A stretch of 63,612 nt of DNA, counting the filler, from Octopus bimaculoides (Eukaryota): NCBI RefSeq assembly GCF_001194135.2. It is 4 parts of 3 records of this genome, joined end to end, with 100 filler letters (N's around TTAATTAATTAA, not from the genome) between each part and the next. Parts side by side here need not be neighbours in the genome. Positions count along the whole stretch, not along the records: positions 30,987 to 60,888 come from NC_068989.1; 3 more parts are not named here. One strand, written 5' to 3'. Both the position numbers and the translations under genes were made by a program. Of the stretch, positions 36,461 to 49,810 are shown piece by piece (position 1 is the stretch's first letter; each line of letters starts with the position of its first letter). Below the pieces are notes generated by a model. That model worked only from the letters and a program-made list of their open reading frames with translations. It was not told the DNA's origin and did not search any database.

Positions 36461-38854
36461 TAGAGATAAGAGATATTGTGATTTCAATGTAGATACCAGT
36501 TAAAACAGACGCTTGGATATATTTAAGTTCATAAATATTTAATGCCAAATTATATTGTCATATATTTTCGCTATATGTAACGCATATACTATATATGCGT
36601 GTGGGGAGGTGTTGGTGTGTATGTTTGTGTGTACATATTCATATATACATATATATATATATATATATTCACACAAGTATATGTACATAGTTTTACACTA
36701 CACACATACACGTACACATAAAAATGTAAGAAGAATTTAGTTTTATGTCACTAATCAGTTATTCGCGTAACCTATCTTTATCTCAATTCCTTTGTAACTT
36801 TTGAACATCTTATTGTCTCATTGTTAGATGTTCAATAATGTGGAGCATTAGACATTATTACTTTATATTGATTACTTCAGTAATTATTAATTCCGTCATA
36901 TAATTTTTGATGTACATTCGCTTTCATAATATACTAAATATATCACAGGACGAAATGCCATATTAGTAGACTTTAATCATAGTTTTGTTTCTATTAAACG
37001 TATTTGGTAACAGAGTGAGTCTTCTGACACCCAGAATTTAATGCACAATTAAGAAATTAAGTGTGCGAATGAATATTCACTAATTATTAATCATTTCCAT
37101 AATAAAGGCAATTAACATTTATAATCTGGTTTGTTTAACATTATACAACCAGGATGTAATATGTTCAAATGTACTGCCGTGTTTATGACTTCAATGATAC
37201 TCGAAAATCATCTCCTCCTCACTATGTAGTTCATTTTCATTATTTCCACTATCGTCATTGTCTCCAGTAACGAGCTGATATAGCCTAGGTAGTTAGATTA
37301 TTGCTCAAAACTTTTTAGTTTCATCCATTCTGCATTAGTTGTTACTGTGTAAGAGCTATCTATACAATTATACCAGACGCGTTGTTAGAAATAATTATCA
37401 CATGTTTAAACACACGAAATTTGAAGCTTGTTTCCACATGCCAGTGATTAGAATTAACTTTTAGTGTCTGTGGGAATGTTAAATGATATTAGACGTGCAC
37501 ACCAAAAAGTCAAGTATTATGGCTCCTTCAACACTGTAGAATCTAGCAGGTAGAATCGGATGCGATAGTGTAATTATGGTTTGAAATTGGTGTTAATATA
37601 TGGACTTGGGTTATATAAGCGTGGATCTTCTATTCATACATTTATAAGGATAAAAACTATTTACCAATGTCTGTATGATGTTTAAAACAATGTTAAGTAA
37701 ATATACTTGAGATAATGAATGCTTAGTGGTTATAGCAAAGTACTCTATTTGGATACCTTTCTATATACCGTCTGAGCATGATTTAAGAATCTGTTGACAC
37801 AACTATCATGTTGGTATATCTCCCTCACTATTACACTTCTATAAAGGTTATAATGCTTTTGACTACATTAGTGTTAACAGATCGTATTGGTTCGTGAGTT
37901 ACATCATTAATATATACTAAAACTATTGTATTTAATGTAATATTGTATAATGTGCTTATTCCGGTTCAGTGCTATATAGCTGAACAGTATTTCCATTAGT
38001 AGTGTCAGTGATAGAAACTGCAGTAACATGTCAGAATTTATGAAGTAAGAGTTTGAATTGTGTAATGTTTTAGACTTGATTCTGTATAGTTCAAATGACA
38101 TCAATATATATAACCGTTTTTCAGTATAATCTTCAAGTAATCTTCAAAGAATGCACAACCACCTAAACATTCGTCCATTTTGACCACATCTTATCACAGA
38201 ATATCAATATTTACAGGGTTGCTTTGTGCAGGATTAAAGAAGTCACAAAATTCAAAACGCTAGCATAGAAATTCACGAATCACAGTTGGAGAACTACACA
38301 TTCTGATTACTCTATCTTCGGCCAACTGTTTCTACTGATAATATACGCAAGACTTCCCAGATGTGTGCAATCAAAGTTGTCAATATTTTTCCGATAGTGT
38401 AACAATTTGATGGCAACAGGGGGAAATTGTGTAGATTATTAATGCCAGTCATTACATATACCTCACAATATGTTGTGTATGAAATGACGAGTGCAGGCAG
38501 TTAGACATAATTCGTGTGGCAAGAGAGAATGGAACTGGCGCAAACATCAGATGCTATTCTAGTGAAAAAAAGCAGCAGATTGTATGCATTGTCACTATGA
38601 TAATTGCTTGGAATGTGCTGATGGGTAAATTCATGCCAATGTATCGATTTATTTTCACTTCGTTGTGTATGTTGTATACAAAAAGGTGTGAGTGTTGCGG
38701 CGGACAAGACAGTACAATAATTACTGAAGGCATCCGTATTGTGGTACTCGCCTTATATGTGGTCAATAGAAATGGGAGTCGAACGAAGTATGTTCTAGGA
38801 ATGAAGGGGGCAAAAGCGCTTTATGACGTGGGTTAGTTTACATTCTTTTCTACT

Positions 38855-39058
38855 TTAGATACAGGGCCCTAAATTTTGGGGAAGGGGGCCAGTCAATTAG
38901 ATCGACACGAGTACGCAACTGGTACTCAATTCATGGACCCCTAAATGATGAAAAGCAAAGTCAACCTCGACAGAATTTGAACTCAGAAAGTAAGGACTAC
39001 GAAATACTGCAAAGCATTTCGCCGGACGTGCCAGCATTTCTGCCAGCTCACCTCCTTT
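38855..39058 (-). mobile_element. SINE family C
   Basis: Same modules as 36255-36460. Confidence 0.85.
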
Positions 39059-39993
39059 CGTTTAGTTTATATTGCATATATACCTGAATATTCCCCGCTG
39101 AAATCATCCGTCATGGAGGAGCCCAGAAGCTCTGGTGACACTTAATGTTCTACACGCATGCGTAATAATGGTTGCTTGAGTTCGATAGAGTGTTGTGTGA
39201 TTGTGATATAGTTATTATGACTAAAATACAAGATTCGTTGAGCGTAATTTCAGGTTGTATCTCAGATGCCCTTTCTTAAAGTTATTGCAGATTTGTTGTG
39301 AAGTGTTATGGTCATATGCGAATAAAACCTGTGTGCACAAACTGAGGGAAGAAGGATGAAAAATAACAATTATCAAATCTAGAAATTTATCCGGGGTGCT
39401 GTCATATTTATATGTTGCTGTATTGTGACCAGATAATGTACTGCTTATTACATAGACGTTTCCGTTTCTATTATATATTTCCACCAATAGCATGAACACA
39501 ATCATTTCAAAGGCTCCTGTCAATAAATTAATAAATTATTTGTTTTCAACATTAGAGTAGAAAATTCCTATGAGGAAGATTAAAATTATTGGAAAGTTAG
39601 CTACCGTTTACCCACATCATAAACAACGAGTCAATAACATCAAATTATTTTCAATATCGGATGTGATTTATTTATCAGTGGAATAAAATAATGATAATGC
39701 AGAAAATTTCAATATTTTCATAGTTATTTGAACAGCATAACAATGTTATTTATATTTACTGAATTCTCTTCGTGATAGCCTGACGATTAATGACTTGTAA
39801 AAATATGACATGTGACAATTATCACTTATTTTTTGAAAAACAAAGTATGATTTACAGGAAATAAAAAGAAAGATAGAAACAAAACAGAAAAGTAGCTAAA
39901 GTAGTCGAAGCAATATAAAAAAATAAAATTCAAATGTTAATATAAAACTCACTGGTTCTAATATATCATCTACTCGAATTTGTATACACTAAC

Positions 39994-40037
<44 letters not shown>

Positions 40038-40463
40038 GCATATACGCACAGAAGTATGTATCTACATATGTGTGTTTGAGTGTAGGGGTGTGGTGTGATG
40101 TGGGTGTGGGTATATGTATGGGCACATTCATGAAAGTGCCTAAGTGTTTGAATGTCTATATATGTGCAAACAAGGGAGAAAACATTTTTATTATATCAAC
40201 AGGTACGACTCAGCGTAATCTCCCTAGTGAGCAATGCCCTTGCGTCAGGGAAAAAGTCTAACTGTAAAAATGCAGAATTATCGGAGTAATAGGCATTCAA
40301 AAAAGTATGTATAGAAATGTGTGAATGGAATTTTTAATGTTTAGAATTCAAATTAAGGAAGTGCAATAATAATGTTCAGCAGTTCAAAACTGTGAGTAGT
40401 GAAATGGAGAATTAGGTCAGCTGATCGTGAGAATCAAATATGGATCGCGTCGCAAAAATCTGA

Positions 40464-40860
40464 AGGTAGCATGGGTTATTTCCCTGGGTTGTTTAAATGA
40501 AGTATTAATAATATGTAGTAGATACATGGATCAAATGGAAGGACCTTATTATCGATTTTTTCAACAATCTAAGAATGTCACGAAGTTTCCAGAACGAGTG
40601 CTGCTCAAGTGTCAAATAATGTATAAATTTATATTGTTTGCAGAAATTAGAAATAGGAACCCAATATTCAATATGTGCAAAGTAATCGGAACATAAACGA
40701 GGAAATGAGTTATTTCCCTTTAATGTTTAAAAAAATATTCTACAGGTGCTATGGGTTATTTCCCTTGGGTGTTTAAAGAAATAGTTATATGAAGTAGATA
40801 TAAAGGTCCCTTCCAGGCGCCGAATTATCAAATCTAAGTATGTCACGTGGTTTCCAGACA
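40464..40860. repeat. Diverged direct repeat (offset 280 bp) plus a third partial unit
   Basis: ATGGGTTATTTCCCT.GG.TGTTTAAA...TCTAAG.ATGTCACG..GTTTCCAGA at 40464 and 40744; partial unit at about 40706. Confidence 0.7.
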
Positions 40861-40961
40861 TGATTTGTATTCACGCGTAAAGTTTCATTAAAATCAATAA
40901 AACACTGTAGCAGGAGTTAGCTAACAACGCCACAAACAAACACCGATTTTTCACATATTTA

Positions 40962-41005
<44 letters not shown>

Positions 41006-41019
41006 GCATATATATATAC

Positions 41020-41188
41020 CGGAGTAAGCACATAAATGTGCAACAATGTGGAAAAAAGAGTACTCAAATACCAGAGGTAGAGTAATAGGCTTTATTTAAA
41101 AGCAGCAAAAATATAACAAAAGACTGTTACTCGATGAACGGGATCGTGAAGCTCCAGCAACAGCCTTTTGTTATATTTCTGCTGCTTT
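41020..41188. mobile_element. Centrally deleted foldback element of the 63037 family with a hammerhead-like core
   Basis: Inverted arms 41098-41131 and 41156-41188; core CGATGA ACG GGAT CGT GAA GCTCCAGC A ACAG; 5' flank homologous to 63037-63125. Confidence 0.75.
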
Positions 41189-41397
41189 NNNNNNNNNNNN
41201 NNNNNNNNNNNNNNNNNNNNNNNNNNNNNNNNNNNNNNNNNNNNNNNNNNNNNNNNNNNNNNNNNNNNNNNNNNNNNNNNNNNNNNNNNNNNNNNNNNNN
41301 NNNNNNNNNNNNNNNNNNNNNNNNNNNNNNNNNNNNNNNNNNNNNNNNNNNNNNNNNNNNNNNNNNNNNNNNNNNNNNNNNNNNNATATATATATAT

Positions 41398-41440
<43 letters not shown>

Positions 41441-41481
41441 TACATAGCTAGCTAGCTAGCTAGATAGATAAATAGATAGAT

Positions 41482-41544
<63 letters not shown>

Positions 41545-42699
41545 AAACTATTCGTTGAGCAGAAACAGAAGGTATCAAAGAAAATGAAACTGAATGTGAA
41601 AGACGCGGGCAGTTTTGAATAGGTAGAACAAGAAGGATATAGAGGAGAATGACCAGGTAGCTAGAAGTTGGAGACGGCAGAGTAAAGAAAGAACAAATAA
41701 AGAATGAAATAGTGACAGATTTTTGAAGAATGTCGAAAATGTATGTTAAATTTTGAACACGCCAAATTTTCCTTATAAATGCGTATAGGGATATTTGAAA
41801 TTGAATACTATGCATAGACTAAGGAAGGCAACATGATAAATGTACAATTGTGAGATCAAGGAAGCGGTTGATTGAAATATAGTTTGAAAATCTTTCACAT
41901 ATCTGAAAACATGTAAATATTCAGGGTATAACCTGAATCGTTAAAATGCTTAAATGCGGTTATGAAAAGAAAGTGGGGGAAAATATAAAAAGTATTGAAA
42001 AACAACAATATTATCTAAGTTGCAGAATATCGTAAAAAATTAAAAGCGTTGCTAAAAGTCGATATTTCAACTGGAGTTTATAGAGATTTGTCATAAAGTG
42101 GTTGAATGTGACATCATAAAGTACGTAACGTTTCTTACTATTTTACCTTCGTCGTTGCAATAGGAAACGTACACACAGCGTATGAAATGTACACACAAGC
42201 TCACACAAATGTCAAAATATATATTTCTCTGTCTACCACTCTCTATCTCCATCTCTCCCCGTCTCTCTCCATTATAAATACGTAGGTACGTATGTATAAT
42301 ATGCATATATGTGTATTTTTTATGTGCATATGTAAATATAATTATATATATATATATATATNNNNNNNNNNNNNNNNNNNNNNNNNNNNNNNNNNNNNNN
42401 NNNNNNNNNNNNNNNNNNNNNNNNNNNNNNNNNNNNNNNNNNNNNNNNNNNNNNNNNNNNNNNNNNNNNNNNNNNNNNNNNNNNNNNNNNNNNNNNNNNN
42501 NNNNNNNNNNNNNNNNNNNNNNNNNNNNNNNNNNNNNNNNNNNNNNNNNNNNNNNNNNNNNNNNNNNNNNNNNNNNNNNNNNNNNNNNNNNNNNNNNNNN
42601 NNNNNNNNNNNNNNNNNNNNNNNNNNNNNNNNNNNNNNNNNNNNNNNNNNNNNNNNNNNNNNNNNNNNNNNNNNNNNNNNNNNNNNNNNNNNNNNNNNN

Positions 42700-42992
42700 T
42701 GATCCGATCAACGGAACAGCCTGCTCGTGAAATTAACGTGCAAGTGGCTGAGCACTCCACAGACACGTATACCCTTAACGTAGTTCTCGGGGATATTCAG
42801 CGTGGCACAGTCTGACAAGGCTGACCCTTTGAATTACAGGCACAACAGAAACAGGAAGTATGAGTAAGAGAAAGTTGTGGTGAAAGAGTACAGCAGGGTT
42901 CGCCACCATCCCCTGCCGGAGCCTCGTGGAGCTTTAGGTGCTTTCACTCAATAAACACTCACAATGCCCGGTCTGGGAATCGAAACCGCGAT
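42700..42992 (-). mobile_element. tRNA-derived SINE family D
   Basis: GGGAATCGAAACCGCGAT (reverse B-box head); 3' part shared with 18350-18393. Confidence 0.8.
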
Positions 42993-45489
42993 ATAAATAT
43001 TTGTGTGTGTGTGTGTGTGTGTGTACACGCACATGCACACGCACGCGCGCAGGTTTTATTAAACATGTCTTCGTCTTAGTCAACTAGAGTAGGATATCTA
43101 CCGTTTTAAACTCTATATAATCAGTTTTATTTCAGCAAAGATGCTAATATATATGTACTGAAGTAGTTCAAGTCTATAGTGTTCTATTTCTCCCGTTATA
43201 ATGTGACGATGTACTACAATGCATTACTCCAGTTTAACAATATAATGTCTGTATTTGCTCCGAGTCACAGTAAGAATCAGAACCGCTACATATCAGATAT
43301 TAAAACAAGAGGATATATTACGATAAACGACTGTTAGGAAAACTAGTTGCTATTTCTCTCACTTTGAATAATTACATAAATCACTCATCAGCTGCTGGTC
43401 AGGAGCAAACATGGTATCTGTCAGTCACACACACTCACCACGTACTTACATGTCCACATTGTTTCCCCAAAATTTTGATTCACTAGTAGGAAGTTAGTTT
43501 TTAGTGTGAAATAGACGGTAATTTCTTCCGCATAGCTTACACACATGCACACTTTTGTATGTGTGCGCGGTACGTGGGGGTGAGTGAGTTATGTGCCTAC
43601 ATATATTCATCTCCCGATTTCCTTCTCCCTCTTTACATATATATATATATATATCTAAGTATATATATTTGTGTGTGTGTGAGTACGCGCACGTGCGTTG
43701 GCGTATGCGTGTGTGTATTGTGTGTATGCATGTATATATATATGCACTTTGTTTTCGAATACAGCTATACATTTCACATTTTCCTTTAGGATTTCTCTTC
43801 CACCTGTTCTAAATCATTCTGAAAACTAGTTTAACATAATTTAATATTTACACAGTAGCTGTTTTTATAGAGAATGCATGCAATAAAATACAGGAACATA
43901 TAATTTGAAACACATACAATCACATATGCACAGAAACACACACACGCATATACATATAGTCATTAAAGATACATACAATATTCCTGCATATAGGCTTTCA
44001 TAGGCGTTCATACACACACAGCTAATGTATCTCTAAATGTAATTCATCATTGCTGCTTTACAATTTTTCTTACGATATATTTAAGTGGAATAACTAATGC
44101 TGAGGCCATGTCGCAAAATACGCTAACAAAAGAAATAATTGTCATTTATTTGAAAAAATGTATGCAAACAGATAATGATATAAAAATAATTAAAAAACCG
44201 TAAAAAATATAGAAAAACATGCATTTAGGGGAAGAAAAGGGAATGATTATGCTGAATAACGGAATTTGAAAAAAAAAAACAGTTGAATGAGATACTGTTT
44301 AAAATTGACTATAAACTAAGCTATTAAAATATTTCTAAGTTACGTTTGGCATTTAAGCTAATGGCAGTCTTTGTGTAACATTCAATACGGCCATATCTTA
44401 GGCTATATTTAGTCTGCGTACAACCGTTGCACTACAATGAAAAATAAAAACGGAATTTCTAAATTTCCTGGTCAATTGGTTTATTTGTTTATTATGATAT
44501 TTAAACAATCTACTTCTAAATGGAAGCTGTGTGTCGTTCACGGAGTACCAATCGGAAGTTACTGATTGCCAATTGAGTCTAAATACCAAATAGCATGAAA
44601 AGATTTGATTGAAGTATTGAAATCCACCATTTTCTTTTTGCTGATATGGTATCTGTCTTCATACACAACCTAGCATGTATAGATCATGTGATGCTGCCGT
44701 AATCATATGTTTGTGCATAAATGATATGGCGATTTGAACTTTTCTTTCTATTGATATATTGTCTCATTAGGTTCTGAATATTTGAAATGTGCCCTGCAGT
44801 TAAATCCAGGATCAACCTCATTAAAGATAGCAGCAACATATTCAATAGCGTCAACAGACACAAGCCATAAATAAAATATTCATTAAGTTGGGTTGAAAGA
44901 GCCTAAATATGAATGCGGTTCTTTTGCATGATTATTTTGGCACATTAGTTCCACTAGAATCTGTTTTAATAAATTAGTAATACTAAATGAATAGCAATGC
45001 ATTGTGATATCTGTGAATTTATAGAATTTATTTTATATGAAGATGAAGTTATATTAATAAAAACTAAATACAATATTACATAAAAATATTTTCAGTGGAA
45101 TATATTGATTCACTCAGTAAAAAACAATCAGATACAGTTTCCCCTTCTAGTGCGTTCCTCACGACAAGTGACAATATACACAAACTTACAACTTGTGCAG
45201 AGAAATTAACTGATCTATATAAATATATTTTGCTTTATATAAAAGGCAGGATGGATTATCGCGTTTGGTAACAGAGAATAGTTTAGAGGAAACCAGGGTC
45301 TGTAATACTTTTAAATGATCATGTAAAACACAATAATGTATCTGCATTTTATGGGAGAAAGAGGTTCTAATATACTTTTATATCTGCTGTAACTAACGGC
45401 TATTAATAATCTCTGCTCACTTTCACATTAATGTATATGTGTGTGTGTTTTTGTGTGTGTGTGTGTGCGCGCGTGTGTATGAGGATTGT

Positions 45490-45680
45490 TGACGATTTTT
45501 GTCCCCTTCTTCCTTTAGTCTTGGAATTTCCTCTGTCTCCTGTTTCTGAAATAGAGCTTTACTCGTAACATAAAACTAACTTTCTTTCCTTCTTTGAGCG
45601 TCTGTTAATACTTTGCATGTAACACGTGTTCACGTCGTCTCTTTCTTCTAGTGTTTTTCTTCGTCTTTTCTTCAACACAT
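45490..45680 (+). mobile_element. Short PLE pLTR-like repeat with a degenerate hammerhead-like motif (45542-45576)
   Basis: GTTT CTGAAAT A GAGC TTT ACTC GTA ACAT A AAAC (stem I GTTT/AAAC); pyrimidine-rich body similar to the other copies; ends at (TA)n. Confidence 0.45.
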
Positions 45681-46311
45681 GTGTATATATATATATCTAA
45701 TGACGAATAACCGAAGAAAAAAGAAGAAAAAGGCGACATGAGCACGTGGTATAAATGTATATGTATGTATATATATATATATATATNNNNNNNNNNNNNN
45801 NNNNNNNNNNNNNNNNNNNNNNNNNNNNNNNNNNNNNNNNNNNNNNNNNNNNNNNNNNNNNNNNNNNNNNNNNNNNNNNNNNNNNNNNNNNNNNNNNNNN
45901 NNNNNNNNNNNNNNNNNNNNNNNNNNNNNNNNNNNNNNNNNNNNNNNNNNNNNNNNNNNNNNNNNNNNNNNNNNNNNNNNNNNNNNNNNNNNNNNNNNNN
46001 NNNNNNNNNNNNNNNNNNNNNNNNNNNNNNNNNNNNNNNNNNNNNNNNNNNNNNNNNNNNNNNNNNNNNNNNNNNNNNNNNNNNNNNNNNNNNNNNNNNN
46101 NNNNNNNNNNNNNNNNNNNNNNNNNNNNNNNNNNNNNNNNNNNNNNNNNNNNNNNNNNNNNNNNNNNNNNNNNNNNNNNNNNNNNNNNNNNNNNNNNNNN
46201 NNNNNNNNNNNNNNNNNNNNNNNNNNNNNNNNNNNNNNNNNNNNNNNNNNNNNNNNNNNNNNNNNNNNNNNNNNNNNNNNNNNNNNNNNNNNNNNNNNNN
46301 NNNNNNNNNNN

Positions 46312-46343
<32 letters not shown>

Positions 46344-47684
46344 GAATGAAATATGTATAGGTACAGAGAAGATATGCATAATCTCTTATAACAGCACAGG
46401 TTGCATGTAGTTAACCATTTGTCTTTCTGATAGTATCCGGAATCTTTTTACATTTGCATATTTAAAACCTACGCTTCAAAGTTTTATCCTGAGACCTCAA
46501 GGCAGGATTTAGTATGGATATTTCTTGTATAAATTTAATTTATTTATATTGTTAATAAAATTTCATTTATATTAATAAAAACGGAAACTACAAAATAGAT
46601 GGTTGAGCATAATGTATTTTTCATATTGGTGTTATGTAAACGGTGATATAAAAGATTATATATATCGGTTGATTGTATAGAGAACCTAATTAAATGAATT
46701 AACATTAAACGACAGCAAAATCCATTAATACCTTTTTTTTACTTCTACTATAAACATATTAGTTGAGGCTTACGTGACTACTTCGACCACAGTGTACAAT
46801 TAATACGTATGTTATTACATTATCAACCCCGGATTAAGACGTAAAGGCTGGACAATAGCATAACGAAATGGTATTATTTCGAAGTGAGAGAATAGTGCAA
46901 AGGGAAATCTTTTAGAGAATTTTTCTTCCTGAATAAAACTATCTAAAAATTAAATACAAAAATGAAATATAGTGGAAGCTTTACGGTATATTGACTTCGG
47001 ATCTTTTACGTGGTCGTTTTTGTAAATATAAATATGTCAACAGCGAGTTTTGGGTAAGTTTAAACAAATACTAAGATTATTTGCATTTCAACAGCAAGTA
47101 GACGAATCACGTTTGCATAAATGTAATGATTGTGTTTATCATGACGGAAACTTCTAAACCTGTTTATTCAGAGCTATCCATGACATGTCAGTGCAATGCG
47201 TCTTCTTAAAAATAAGTATAAAATATACAAATATATGAATGTGTAAGCTATTGATGAAATCACCATCATTTTGATCCAGTAGCTATCAAACCACAACGGT
47301 GTATCAGATAAAATAGAATTAAATACATTATGCTTATGAATTATTGTATGGTCATTAGAAGAATAGCTTTGATCAGAGTGGAACTCAATGAATTATGATC
47401 TCTGAGTTAAATACAAAAAAAAAGAAAAAGATACAAATGAAGAATAGAATCGACATGTTCACTTGTAGGTCAGCGATTCAATAAGCTGTACATAATATTA
47501 GACCTCGTTGGTATTTAATTATTAAAGTACTACATATATATGGAATAATTAGATAAATTTTTCTAATTTTGGATAGCAGCAATCTGCTAGGAAATACATC
47601 CCTATAATGAACGAATCGTTCTTGCGAATTTATCACGGTCACGTACACAAGCAGTCAGATATATATTCTTTCATTCATTCACAT

Positions 47685-47870
47685 GTTTCAGTCATTTAAC
47701 TGCATCCCTACTGGAGCACCACCTTTAATCGAACAAATCGACCTCAGGACATATTATTCTAAGCCTAGTACTTATTCTATCAGTCATATTTGCCGAGCCG
47801 CTAATTTACGGTAACGTGACCATACAAACATCTGTTGCGAAGGGATGATGTGGGGACAGGCGCAGAACAC
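47685..47870 (-). mobile_element. SINE family A tail half
   Basis: TTTCAGTCATT..GGAGCACCACCTTTAATCGAACAAATCGAC..TACTTATTCTATC. Confidence 0.8.
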
Positions 47871-47873
47871 AGC

Positions 47874-47913
<40 letters not shown>

Positions 47914-48334
47914 AGAACAGACATTAAGTTGTCATCATATTACTCGGGCTTTCGAGTGTCGGGGCGAAGAACTACGATGCATTCTCGTCGGCTATTAATA
48001 GAAACAGACGCTATGGAAACCATTTGAATATAAGGGTGGTTACTGCAATGAGTAGAAAAGGATAACAAGGAAATAGATAATAAAAATACACGCAACCATA
48101 TTCTCACAATACACAGTCATAAATCTCCGGGGTTCATACTGTTTACATACGCACACAATCACGTATTCGAGTAACTTCCATTTTATTCAACTGTTTTTCG
48201 AGCGTATATTGCCATTAATAGCCGACAAGAATACATCGTAGCTCTTCGCTACGACATTCTAAATTCCGATACTATAATGACAGCTTGAATAAATAATCCT
48301 ATATTTTTCTAATGTCGATGTTTCATACTTTTGT

Positions 48335-48447
48335 CCTTTAGTCAAACAAATCAACCCCGGGACTTATTCTTTCGAAGCCTCGTAATTATTCTATGGGGTC
48401 TTCTTCCACAAACACACCAGCATTGGTTAACAAACCGAAACACATAA

Positions 48448-48518
<71 letters not shown>

Positions 48519-48895
48519 NNNNNNNNNNNNNNNNNNNNNNNNNNNNNNNNNNNNNNNNNNNNNNNNNNNNNNNNNNNNNNNNNNNNNNNNNNNNNNNNNN
48601 NNNNNNNNNNNNNNNNNNNNNNNNNNNNNNNNNNNNNNNNNNNNNNNNNNNNNNNNNNNNNNNNNNNNNNNNNNNNNNNNNNNNNNNNNNNNNNNNNNNN
48701 NNNNNNNNNNNNNNNNNNNNNNNNNNNNNNNNNNNNNNNNNNNNNNNNNNNNNNNNNNNNNNNNNNNNNNNNNNNNNNNNNNNNNNNNNNNNNNNNNNNN
48801 NNNNNNCAGTTTCCGTCTACCAAATACACCCACAAGGACCAATTATAGAAGACAGATACTTGCCAAAGTATCATGCAGTGGGACTGAACTTGGAA
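48335..48895 (-). mobile_element. SINE family A split by a gap at its internal microsatellite
   Basis: Tail remnant 48335-48440, (CA)n(TA)n, gap, head CAGTTTCCGTCTACCAAA..GCAGTGGGACTGAAC. Confidence 0.75.
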
Positions 48896-49229
48896 CACGC
48901 CTACCCTTATATATATATATATACATACATGTATCAATGCACGCCGGTGAAACCTTGTATCCCTGCCGTGAAGCTTTACTTCCACACACGCCAGCTTAAT
49001 TTAATTCGTCCTTAGTCGAAAGACACCTGTTGTTATGTCCTGTTATTTGTATTTGTGTGACCTTCTCCGTTTTTTTTCGTCCTTGTTTTTCTATACATTT
49101 GGTGCTTTCTCCCAAGGAATCTAATGCTCTCATCTCAGTTTTTCCTTGGGGCTGGCCACATTGCACCAATCTCGAGTAGAACCATTCGAAATTGCAAAGA
49201 TAATCTGGAACTCGACTGAGACAAGGAAA

Positions 49230-49810
49230 ATGGGCTAAGGAGATGTCAGAAAAATCCAGTTCAATTTGGGATGGAGTGATTTTCTCAGATGAAACAAGAG
49301 TCGCATTATTATCAGGCAGTGAACGTGTTTGGGTCGGGAGGCTTTCGAATCAAGAATTAGATTTGAAACGACGCCAACCAACTATGAAACATGACGGTTC
49401 TTCGGTAATGGTATAGGGAGCTGTCATCAGCAATGGTCGTTCTGAACTGATCGAATGTTATGGAATGATAAACTCTGAAAAATACATCGAATTACTTAAG
49501 CAACGAACACTTCCGATGTATTCACACGATAACATAACGATAAATGAGTTTTTTTAGTAATGGAAGATGGGGCTCCATGCCACACTGCGTAAAATATCAA
49601 CAATGGCTGACTGAAAATGGGATCAAAAAGCTTCCTTGGCCGATCCAATTTCCTGACCTGAACCCAACTGAAAATCTTTGGAGCATACTAGATAGAGCTA
49701 TACAGAAAACCCGAGAAAAACCTAAATCTAAAGAGGAATTGTTTCGATTTTCTGGTGCAAAGTGGGCAGAAATTCCACAAGAGACAATCCCAAAGCTACA
49801 TTGATTCAAT
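49230..49810 (+). mobile_element. Tc1-family DD34E transposase catalytic-domain fossil
   Basis: WDGVIFSDETR..TMKHDGSSVMV*G..NSEKYIELL..EDGAPCHTA / WLTENGIKKLPWPIQFPDLNPTENLWSIL, with stops and a frameshift. Confidence 0.9.

Noticed and set aside
38400-38710. Minus-strand peptide ..HSDNAYNL...CH resembling hAT or integrase motifs
   Set aside because: Motif spacing is wrong and there are no supporting residues
44700-44920. 72-codon minus-strand frame with a hydrophobic stretch
   Set aside because: Expected by chance in AT-rich DNA; no recognisable domain
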